A stretch of DNA of 32,000 nt from Methylotuvimicrobium sp. KM2 (GTDB taxonomy: Bacteria; Pseudomonadota; Gammaproteobacteria; Methylococcales; Methylomonadaceae), in assembly GCF_038051925.1 (NCBI RefSeq), contig NZ_CP150634.1, forward strand, positions 4,730,864 to 4,762,863, written 5' to 3'. The stretch's first letter is position 1. Each line of letters begins with the position of its first letter. Positions 19,717 to 27,807 of the stretch are shown here, piece after piece. The notes under the pieces are model-generated. The model worked only from the letters and a program-made list of their open reading frames with translations. It was not told the origin of the DNA and did not search any database. A program made the position numbers and the translations under genes.

Positions 19717-21246
19717 ATGGCTACGATTGAAGTCAACATCAATTTGAACCGCGTCGAGGGAGACCTCGAAATCGCTTTGGTGCTCGACGACGGCGTCGTC
19801 ACGGAAGCTCGGACCGTCGGCACACTGTATCGCGGTTTCGAGCAGATCATGATGGGCAGGGCGCCCCGCGATGCGTTGGTGATCACGCCGCGGGTCTGCG
19901 GCATTTGCGGTACGGCTCATCTTTACTCGGCAGTGCTCGCGCTCGAACATGCCTGGCGGACGCCGGTGCCGCCGAATGCGACGCGCATCCGCAATCTTTG
20001 CCTGATTGCCGAAGGTATACAGAACGATTTACGTCAAACCTTTCTGTTTTTCGCGCCCGATTTTTGCCATCGGCGTTATAGTCAGCACAGCTGGTTCGAC
20101 GATGCGGTCGACGCTTTCGAACCGTTTCGCGGTTCGATTTATCTCGAAACGTTGGCTCAAACGCGGAAAGCGGTCGAAATCGTCGCGCATTTCGGCGGGC
20201 AATGGCCGCATTCATCCTATATGATACCCGGCGGCGTGACGACGCCGGCCGATCTGCGCCGGCTGTTGGCCTGCCGCTCGGTATTGGATGAGATTCAGCG
20301 CTGGTACGAACGGCGCGTCATCGGCGCTTCGCTCGACGATTGGCTGGCCTTGGAAGATGCCGAGCGCTATTTCGCTTGGCTCGATACGCCGGCGCATGCC
20401 GGCAGCGCGCTGGGTTTGATGAGCCGCGCGGCCCGCTCGCTCGGCCTACACCTGTGCGCCTCGGGTACGCCGCACATGCTCAGCTATGGCGCCTGGTGCG
20501 ATCCCGACCGTTGGTCCGCGCCGCACGACGCGCGTTTGCTGCCGGGCGGTTTCTACGACGGCGGAAGCGGCACGGTCGGGCCATACGATCAACAACTGAT
20601 CAATGAGCACGTTCGTCATTCCTGGTTCCGGCCTTATGACGGCGGGCGGCATCCGTGGAACGGCGAAACCGTCCCCGATTTTCAGCCGAACAGCGACCGC
20701 TACACTTGGGCGAAGGCGCCGCGCTACGGCGATAAGGTGGTGCAGACCGGACCGTTGGCCGAGCTGCTGATCGGCGGCGATGCACTGATTGCGTCGCTGC
20801 ACCAGGCCGAAGGCGGCAGCGCTTGGCTTCGACAATTCGCGCGGGTCAGGCGAATCGCCGTCGAATTGAAGCAAGCGCGACTGATACTCGACGAGTTAAC
20901 AGCGAATCTACACGAGCCGCATATTTTGAATCCGGCCAAAACACAGGAAACCGACGGAGAAGGATACGGTCTGATCATGGCCGCGCGCGGGGCGCTCGGG
21001 CACTGGCTCAAAATCAAAGACGGTGTCATCGAAAAATATCAAATCATCACGCCAACCGCGTGGAACGCCTCTCCTAGAGACAGCGGAGGCTTCCCGGGGC
21101 ATTGGGAGCAAAGCCTAGTCGGACTGAGCGTTCAGGATCCGGACGATCCCGTAGAAATCGGGCATGTCATTCGCTCCCACGATCCGTGCCTAGTGTGCAC
21201 GGTACATGTGCTGAACACCGGCACGAGGCTACGTTTCGGGCCATGA
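19717..21246 (+). CDS. [NiFe]-hydrogenase large subunit
   Basis: N-terminal Ni-Fe ligand motif RVCGICGTAH and C-terminal DPCLVCTVH, followed by a 12-aa tail (VLNTGTRLRFGP). The ATG at 19717 (MATIEVNINLNRVEGDLEI) is 1 nt after the small-subunit stop. Confidence 0.92.
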   Translation: MATIEVNINLNRVEGDLEIALVLDDGVVTEARTVGTLYRGFEQIMMGRAPRDALVITPRVCGICGTAHLYSAVLALEHAWRTPVPPNATRIRNLCLIAEGIQNDLRQTFLFFAPDFCHRRYSQHSWFDDAVDAFEPFRGSIYLETLAQTRKAVEIVAHFGGQWPHSSYMIPGGVTTPADLRRLLACRSVLDEIQRWYERRVIGASLDDWLALEDAERYFAWLDTPAHAGSALGLMSRAARSLGLHLCASGTPHMLSYGAWCDPDRWSAPHDARLLPGGFYDGGSGTVGPYDQQLINEHVRHSWFRPYDGGRHPWNGETVPDFQPNSDRYTWAKAPRYGDKVVQTGPLAELLIGGDALIASLHQAEGGSAWLRQFARVRRIAVELKQARLILDELTANLHEPHILNPAKTQETDGEGYGLIMAARGALGHWLKIKDGVIEKYQIITPTAWNASPRDSGGFPGHWEQSLVGLSVQDPDDPVEIGHVIRSHDPCLVCTVHVLNTGTRLRFGP

Positions 21247-21710
21247 GTAATCGGCAATTATGTCATATCGTTTGCTTCGGTAATCCGCTCCACGGTGATG
21301 ACGGTTTCGGTCCGGCGGTTTACCAACGGCTAGCGGCGCTGCCGCTGCCGGATAACGTGCGCGTGTTCGACGCCGGAACGCCCGGTCTGGCGGCATTAGC
21401 GCTATTTCAAGGATGCCATGAGGTGATGGTCGTCGACGCCGTCGCATCGGGCGGCATACCAGGGAAATTAAGCCGATTATCGCCGAATGTTGTTACGGCC
21501 GAAATCACGTTACCGGGCCACGGCATCGGCGTAGGCTATTTGTTAAAGGCCGTTGCCGCGTTGCCGGACTGCCCACGCATCGAGATCATCGCAGCGGAAA
21601 TCCTTGGAGCGGCACCGTTCCGTCCGGGCTTGTCAAAACCGGTGCGCCAAGCTGTCGACGATGCCTTCGTTCTACTGGAAAAATATGCCGAGCAAGTTTC
21701 CCGTCAATGA
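21243..21710 (+). CDS. Hydrogenase maturation endopeptidase (HupD/HoxW/HyaD family)
   Basis: MSNRQLCHIVCFGNPLHGDDGFGPAV...VMVVDAV...GHG matches the family pattern. ATGA overlap with the large subunit stop. Confidence 0.85.
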   Translation: MSNRQLCHIVCFGNPLHGDDGFGPAVYQRLAALPLPDNVRVFDAGTPGLAALALFQGCHEVMVVDAVASGGIPGKLSRLSPNVVTAEITLPGHGIGVGYLLKAVAALPDCPRIEIIAAEILGAAPFRPGLSKPVRQAVDDAFVLLEKYAEQVSRQ

Positions 21711-24354
21711 ATCGCACCTAAATGAGGAGCTGACGCGTTTGCGGGTCGAATTCGAAGCGCTTCGAATCGCCAACGCGGCGCTCGAGCAACAATTGTCGAT
21801 CGACGCCAAGCAGGCCGATTCGATGCTGCGGGTGCTCGAAATACGTAGTAACGAGCTAAAGGAAGCCAACCTACATCAGCTGAATCAAAGTAATTTCATC
21901 CGTCGCGTCATGGATTCGACCGGCGCGATGATGATCGTGCTGGGACCTGATGGGCATATACGCCAAGTCAATCGGCGTTGCGCGCAGGAGTTGACCGGAA
22001 CCGATTCGATTCCGGACAATCGCGTGCTGGACGACTGGTTGCATCCCGACGAACGACAAGCGCTTGTCGCACAAGCGATCGGTTTGCCGTGGCCCGTTTT
22101 TTCTCCGCTGTTCGAAGTCGTGCGGCGTTCGGGTTCCTATGCCGCTGAGCACCGTCTGGCAAGCCGCGACGGAAGCTATCGCCATTATTGGTTTGAGGCG
22201 AGTATGCAACACAACCCTCAAGGCAAAGAAGAAGGCGCCGTCATTTGCGCGAGCGATATCACGCGGCTCAAACAACAACAAGAGCGATTGAGCCGAAGCG
22301 AAAAACGCCTGAAAGAGGCGCAAAAAATCGCCCGCCTGGGGCATTGGGAAATGGATTTGACGTGCGACAAACTCACTTGGTCGGAGGAAGTGTGTATTAT
22401 TTTCGAGCTCGATTCGGCTTCGATACCCCGTAACTATGCGGACTTTCTCGAACTCGTCTATCCAGCCGACCGGGCCGCAGTCGACCGGGCTTTCACATCC
22501 GCCCTAAGCACGCATGGTTCTTACGACATCGAACATCGTCTGTTAGCGGCCGGCGGACAAATTAAGTGGATACACGAACGGTGCGTCATCTACTATGACG
22601 ATGCCGGGCGGGCTTTACGGTTGGTCGGAACGATTCAGGATATCACCGAGCAACGCTTGGCCGAAGAGCAGTTGCGTCTTGCGGCGAGCGTCTTCGACAA
22701 TAGCCTGAATGGCATTCTAATCACCGATGCGAATACGCGCATCGTCAAGGTCAACCGCATGTTCAGCGAAGTCATGGGCTATTCGTCCGACGAGGTGTTG
22801 GGACAAAAACCGAGCTTGCTGAAATCCGAGCACCACGATAAGCAATTTTATCGCAGTCTGTGGGCCGCACTCGAACGGGACGGCAAATGGCAGGGTGAGA
22901 TTTGGGACCGGCGTAAGAACGGCGAACTGATACCACTGTGGCAAAATATATCGTCGGTGCGCGACGCCATCGGACGCGTGACGCACTATATCAGCGTCTT
23001 TTACGATTTAACCCAACAAAAGCAAAGCGCGAAACATATCTACCATCTGGCCTATTACGATGCCTTGACCGAACTACCGAACCGGCAGTTATTCAACGAG
23101 CGCTGCGAGCATGCACTGGAGAGGGCGAATCGCGACTACCATCCGCTGGCAGTTTTGTTTCTTGATCTGGACCGGTTCAAGCACGTCAACGACAGTCTCG
23201 GGCATCCGGCCGGAGACGAGCTTTTGCGCATGGTCGCACACGCAATCAAGAGTTCTTTGCGCCAAGACGATACGGTCGCGCGCTTGGGTGGCGACGAATT
23301 CATCATTTTGCTCGAAAATACCGGGAGCCGCTCCGATGTCGAACAGGTCGCCCTCAAAATCATTGCGCACCTCTCTAGACCTTTCATCGTTCAAGGCCAT
23401 AAGCTGGAGATCGGCACGTCGATAGGCATCAGTTGTTATCCTGAGGATGGCAAAGACACCATGTCCTTAATCAAACACGCCGATCTTGCGATGTATCGAG
23501 CCAAGGAAAAAGGACGCGGTAATTTTCAGTTTTACGAAACGTATCTAACTACGCGCGCGAAAGAACGTCTTTTTCTCGAAAGTGAGCTGCGCGACGCACT
23601 GGAACGCCAGGAATTCCATCTTCATTACCAACCGCAATTCGCCTTATCCGGCGGCGAATTGATCGGAGCCGAGGCTTTATTGCGCTGGAATCATCACGAG
23701 CACGGCCTGATCGCGCCCGACAAGTTCATTCCGATCGCCGAGGAATCGGGGCTGATCGTCGCGATCGGCGAATGGGTGCTATCGGCCGCATGCAGTCAGG
23801 CCAAGGCATGGCTCGACGCCGGTTACGCATTCAAACAGGTCGCGGTCAATCTGTCCGGCGCGCAGATCGAACGCAGCGATATTTTGGCAACGGTCGGCAA
23901 CGTCCTTGCAACAACGGGACTGCCTCCCCAGCACCTAGAGCTCGAAATCACCGAAACCTATATCATGCGTCAAGCGAAACAGAACGTTCGTATCATGGAA
24001 GAGCTTCGCGCATTGGGCGTGAGCCTGGCGATCGATGATTTCGGAACCGGGCAGTCGTCGCTCAGTTATTTGAAACGCCTGCCGGTCGACAAGTTGAAAA
24101 TCGACCGTTCATTCGTGATGGATATTCCGCAAGATAGCAATGATATGGCCATTACCCGAGCGATTCTCGCACTCGGACACAGTTTGAAACTAACCGTTTT
24201 GGCCGAGGGTGTCGAAACCGCAGAACAAGCGGCTTTTCTTAACGAATTAAAATGCGACGAAGTGCAGGGCTATTATTACAGCCGCCCGCTGGACGCCGAA
24301 AGCTTCCGGAAGCTATTGGCCAAGCAAAAGTTCGATGCAGATCTTTCTGATTGA
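21685..24354 (+). CDS. Cytoplasmic coiled-coil + 3x PAS + GGDEF + EAL protein (c-di-GMP synthase/phosphodiesterase)
   Basis: Three PAS modules, RLGGDEF with an RQDD I-site 5 aa upstream, and EAL motifs EALLRW, DDFGTG, KIDRSF, EGVE. No TM segments. The start is 21685 (MPSKFPV) or 21661; either overlaps the endopeptidase gene. Confidence 0.9.
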   Translation: MPSKFPVNESHLNEELTRLRVEFEALRIANAALEQQLSIDAKQADSMLRVLEIRSNELKEANLHQLNQSNFIRRVMDSTGAMMIVLGPDGHIRQVNRRCAQELTGTDSIPDNRVLDDWLHPDERQALVAQAIGLPWPVFSPLFEVVRRSGSYAAEHRLASRDGSYRHYWFEASMQHNPQGKEEGAVICASDITRLKQQQERLSRSEKRLKEAQKIARLGHWEMDLTCDKLTWSEEVCIIFELDSASIPRNYADFLELVYPADRAAVDRAFTSALSTHGSYDIEHRLLAAGGQIKWIHERCVIYYDDAGRALRLVGTIQDITEQRLAEEQLRLAASVFDNSLNGILITDANTRIVKVNRMFSEVMGYSSDEVLGQKPSLLKSEHHDKQFYRSLWAALERDGKWQGEIWDRRKNGELIPLWQNISSVRDAIGRVTHYISVFYDLTQQKQSAKHIYHLAYYDALTELPNRQLFNERCEHALERANRDYHPLAVLFLDLDRFKHVNDSLGHPAGDELLRMVAHAIKSSLRQDDTVARLGGDEFIILLENTGSRSDVEQVALKIIAHLSRPFIVQGHKLEIGTSIGISCYPEDGKDTMSLIKHADLAMYRAKEKGRGNFQFYETYLTTRAKERLFLESELRDALERQEFHLHYQPQFALSGGELIGAEALLRWNHHEHGLIAPDKFIPIAEESGLIVAIGEWVLSAACSQAKAWLDAGYAFKQVAVNLSGAQIERSDILATVGNVLATTGLPPQHLELEITETYIMRQAKQNVRIMEELRALGVSLAIDDFGTGQSSLSYLKRLPVDKLKIDRSFVMDIPQDSNDMAITRAILALGHSLKLTVLAEGVETAEQAAFLNELKCDEVQGYYYSRPLDAESFRKLLAKQKFDADLSD

Positions 24355-24479
24355 AGCCGGGTACGTAAAGTGCGTGTTTCAAAAGCCCCCTGTGTCAGGA
24401 TAGTTGTCGCATGAGTTATTGAGACTTTATAAAATCTATGGCTAAAATGCTGATTTGATTATGTCAAGGTACCCGAATT

Positions 24480-25262
24480 ATGGCATTACCGAGAACTTTG
24501 GGACTGGGTAGCCCATTATTGAATTTACCTCGAAGCTTTAAACCCATTTCTTCCCCAACTGAGCAACCGGTTTTCAGGCTTTCTCTTCGGCAACAGATGT
24601 TTTCTCTGGGGCTTTTATTTACGCTCAGTTTATTGGCTGCACTGGCGATGGCGGCTTATTTTTATCCGAGCATTGCGAGCAATGACAAAGTAGTCGCGAA
24701 CATCGTTCGTAATATCGGCTTCGGCGGCGGCGTTTTCGGCTTTAGTTTGGTATTACTGACCGCTTTTTATCGGCACTGGGCGTCTGTAACCGCGCCGTTA
24801 TATGCCTTAGCGGGCGGGGTGTTCATGAGCGGATTGGCGCTTTCACTTGAACAACGTTTTCCTGGCATTGCCGTACAGTCTTTGGTTGTGACATTCAGCA
24901 TCGCTTTGGTAATGTATGCGTTGTATGCGACCGGTGTGATTAAAGTAACGCGAAAACTTTTTGTGCTGATTTACGCCGCGGCGGCTACTATCGCGCTGGT
25001 TTATTTGGTGGGATTTACCGCATTGCTTGCCGGTGTGCCCTTGCCTTTTTTGCATGGTGCCGGTGTGGGCGGGATGCTTTGGTTTGGCTTTATCGTCGTG
25101 ACCGCATCGTTAAATTTACTAGTCGATTTTCGTCGTATAGACAATGCTATACAACGCGCTCAACCTTCGTGGATGCGCTGGTACTTGGGACTGGGCATGC
25201 TAGTGACCTTAGTGTGGATGTACATTTCGGTTCTGAGGCTGATTGCAAATGCTAGACGATGA
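24480..25262 (+). CDS. Bax inhibitor-1/YccA-like integral membrane protein (COG4760-type)
   Basis: 260 aa, about 7 TM helices. The C-terminal WMRWYLGLGMLVTLVWMYISVLRLI resembles the conserved end of this family. The assignment is from memory of that pattern only. Confidence 0.55.
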   Translation: MALPRTLGLGSPLLNLPRSFKPISSPTEQPVFRLSLRQQMFSLGLLFTLSLLAALAMAAYFYPSIASNDKVVANIVRNIGFGGGVFGFSLVLLTAFYRHWASVTAPLYALAGGVFMSGLALSLEQRFPGIAVQSLVVTFSIALVMYALYATGVIKVTRKLFVLIYAAAATIALVYLVGFTALLAGVPLPFLHGAGVGGMLWFGFIVVTASLNLLVDFRRIDNAIQRAQPSWMRWYLGLGMLVTLVWMYISVLRLIANARR

Positions 25263-25355
25263 GGGATAAACGGGAAATGTGACAACAGGCTCTCGTCGGC
25301 CCGTGTTCGATTGCCTATTATTGTCCCTACATTTTAAAAACAGAGAAGTAATTTT

Positions 25356-26822
25356 TTACCAAATCCTTAGTTGTTTTTCTCGAAGCATTCTTCTGTAAGC
25401 TTCTTCCAGGTTTGCAATAAAATTCATTTCATTCCTAATCGGTGAATCTTCAAGCATCGAACGTAGCTCTTTTTTATAATGCGCGATGCGTTCTTTATCG
25501 TTCGCCAAATGTACCGCCTTTAAGAAATAGTCTTCTTCATCCATTGCGACTAATTCATTTGCGCCTATTGCGCTTAATATGGATTGCGAGACTCTTGCGA
25601 CATGTGATTTACCGTCTAAAGCAATGACCGGCACACCCATAAAAATAGCCTGCATCGTTGTTGTGGTGCCGTTGTAAGGAAAAGTATCAAGTGCAATATC
25701 CAGTTCGTTATACAGCAATAAGTGCTCTGATCTTTTTGGCGAGAATCCGTACAATACTAGTCTGTCTATCTGTTCTAAACCGGCAGAGGCAAAACGTTTC
25801 TTGATACGATTCTGTTCAACTTTCTTTTCAAAACCTCTCCCCTTCAGCACAAATTTGGAATCAGGAACGGCCTGTAAGATTTGTACCCATAAAGCAATCG
25901 TTCTATCTGTGATTTTTGAAATTTTATTGAACGTACCGAAGGTCACAAAACTATTTGATTGACACGGCGCATCATTTATTTTCAAATTTTCAGGGGGCAG
26001 ACGAAAGCATAAAAAACAATCTGGCAAGCGATACAGTTTTTCTGAATGCCACTCGTCTGAGACATTTTGAGGGTCGCTGATCGAGTCAACAAGGCGATAA
26101 TCCATTGTTTTTAAACCTGTTGTGCCGGGATACCCTAAATAAGTCACTTGGACGGGGGCAGCCCGTAAAGCAAATACATCTAACCGATTACCGCTGGTCA
26201 GGCCTGCCACGTCGATTAAAATATCGATAGCGTCCTGTTGAATTTGATCGAACAACTGTACTGTAGACATGTGTCGAATATCGATCCATCGATCGGCGGC
26301 CAGTTTAAATTGATGAGTCACACCATCTTCTTGATTAATATTGGCATAACAGAATATTTCAAAAATGTCCTTATTGTGATTTTGAATAATAGGCAACAAA
26401 AAATAAGCCACCGGATGAGCATTAAAATCCGGAGACACATAGCCGATTCTAATTTTTAAATGTTTACTGCGTGGCTTAAGCGAAAGTTTATATTTTAAAA
26501 CGTAGTGATTTGTATATGCTTCGGCCCATTTTTTATGCTCTAGGGCAACTAACGAAGGAGGCTCGTCACTGTAATTTAAGGTATTGATTAAACGTTGATG
26601 CGTATTTAAATCGTATTTGATTTGCAATCCTTCTCGATATACTGAAATAGCTTCATCGACCTTGCCAAGCAGACGCAAGCAATTGCCTAGCACGCGAAAA
26701 ACACGCGAGTCATCCGTGTTCATGCTCTTTGCTTCTTTTAAAAAAGCAGCGGCTTCGTCATAGTTACCTTGCTCAAATGCAGCAATTCCCTGCGCAAACA
26801 CATTTTTAAATGAATCCGACAT
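25356..26822 (-). CDS. TPR-containing GT41-family glycosyltransferase (SPY/OGT-like)
   Basis: N-terminal TPRs (GNYDEAAAFLKEAKSMN; GKVDEAISVYREGLQI). GT41 hallmarks IGYVSPDFNAHPVAYFLLP, VTYLGYPGTTGLKTMDY, TFGTFNKISKIT and LDTFPYNGTTTTMQAIFMGVPVI. Confidence 0.8.
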   Translation of the reverse strand: MSDSFKNVFAQGIAAFEQGNYDEAAAFLKEAKSMNTDDSRVFRVLGNCLRLLGKVDEAISVYREGLQIKYDLNTHQRLINTLNYSDEPPSLVALEHKKWAEAYTNHYVLKYKLSLKPRSKHLKIRIGYVSPDFNAHPVAYFLLPIIQNHNKDIFEIFCYANINQEDGVTHQFKLAADRWIDIRHMSTVQLFDQIQQDAIDILIDVAGLTSGNRLDVFALRAAPVQVTYLGYPGTTGLKTMDYRLVDSISDPQNVSDEWHSEKLYRLPDCFLCFRLPPENLKINDAPCQSNSFVTFGTFNKISKITDRTIALWVQILQAVPDSKFVLKGRGFEKKVEQNRIKKRFASAGLEQIDRLVLYGFSPKRSEHLLLYNELDIALDTFPYNGTTTTMQAIFMGVPVIALDGKSHVARVSQSILSAIGANELVAMDEEDYFLKAVHLANDKERIAHYKKELRSMLEDSPIRNEMNFIANLEEAYRRMLREKQLRIW

Positions 26823-26959
26823 TTTTGTTTCCTACCTGATTGCCTTGTTTAGTCCCCTAATTTTTTTATGGTGCCATTTAGTAGGGGCGCAGGTGACTAG
26901 CCGATATTCAAGACAAATCGGCATTATAAATTGGCTAAACGATTACCGTTTATTTAAGG

Positions 26960-27124
26960 CAGCAATTCCCAATTTGGAGATCAAAAAGGGTGTGGGGTAT
27001 GCTTGGCGAGGATGTCGGCAGCAGGGAGCTGCCGCCAAGCCCCCATGGATGGGTTTACGGCGTTCCTCGACAGGCATACCCTACACCCTAAAATCGGCGA
27101 AACTGCTCAAACTGGGAATTGCTG
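26960..27124 (+). mobile_element. 165-bp MITE carrying the family 1 core hairpin (copy C)
   Basis: Perfect 12-bp TIRs cagcaattccca / tgggaattgctg. 10-bp direct duplication ttatttaagg (26950-26959 and 27125-27134). Inner hairpin ggtgtggggtatgcttggcgagga ... tcctcgacaggcataccctacacc. Confidence 0.75.
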
Positions 27125-27643
27125 TTATTTAAGGGCTGTCATATTCAAGCTAATAGGCCGGTTTAAAAACTGCTTATTGCTCGTATCGTTGAAAATGCCG
27201 AATCTTTCGACTCTCGTAATACTTTTAAACCCGGCCTTTGTTAAATAAAACCTTAAAAAATCTTCGTTAAGGCCTACCATATGAAAATCGTATGCATTCG
27301 TTTGCCCTCCGTAGAGCATTCTCATCACATAAAACCGATCTTTAAAACTTAGGCTTTTATCGACCAGCAGGGTGGCCAATGTATCTAGATCCGGGACACT
27401 AAGATAAATTTTTCCACCGGGAAGTAAAACTCTAAACCACTCTTTCAAAACTTCTTGTAGATCGCTAATATAGCTGAAATGTTCCAAAATATGGGAAGCA
27501 TAGATTGCAGAAAATGTGTTATCCGCAAAACGAGATAAATCATTGGCATTACCCACATGGTCGACATGGTCGGTTTTTACAATATTGAATATCTCCCATC
27601 CCGCTTTTCTTTTCGTGCCGCCGATATGTAGTTTGCTTGCCAT
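27125..27643 (-). CDS. SAM-dependent methyltransferase (COG4627-like)
   Basis: LHIGGTKRKAGWEIFNI...DNTFSAIYASHILEHF...LLPGGKIYLSVPD. GGAGG lies 9 nt upstream of the ATG. Confidence 0.7.
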   Translation of the reverse strand: MASKLHIGGTKRKAGWEIFNIVKTDHVDHVGNANDLSRFADNTFSAIYASHILEHFSYISDLQEVLKEWFRVLLPGGKIYLSVPDLDTLATLLVDKSLSFKDRFYVMRMLYGGQTNAYDFHMVGLNEDFLRFYLTKAGFKSITRVERFGIFNDTSNKQFLNRPISLNMTALK

Positions 27644-27807
27644 TTTTGCACGCCTCCAGAACTACTGAAAATACTTCATTATTTTCTTTGCAAATCAAAT
27701 TCTGCTCCGAAGTGCCTGTTCGAGAACTACAGGATATTTGCGCCAATAATGTGACCCAACAGAAAAGCACTTTGATTGTATTTGCTCTCTAAGTCGGAAA
27801 TTCGACC

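Noticed and set aside
18888-19904. A 338-aa minus-strand ORF, plus other long antisense ORFs across the hydrogenase and GGDEF-EAL genes (e.g. 20446-20874, 21871-22344)
   Set aside because: These are shadow ORFs typical of GC-rich coding DNA. They are Arg/Ala/Pro-rich and low in complexity, and they lie entirely inside genes with unambiguous family motifs on the opposite strand.
18774-21246. A classical HupUV/HoxBC regulatory hydrogenase (group 2b)
   Set aside because: There is no adjacent histidine kinase or response regulator. The large subunit keeps a C-terminal tail and a dedicated endopeptidase, and the linked signalling gene is a GGDEF-EAL protein instead.
19663-21710. The upstream starts offered by the ORF track for the large subunit (19663), endopeptidase (21102) and GGDEF-EAL gene (21553)
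   Set aside because: Each would add an Arg-rich, non-homologous extension overlapping the preceding gene. The internal ATGs at 19717, 21243 and 21685/21661 give canonical N-termini and tight gene junctions.
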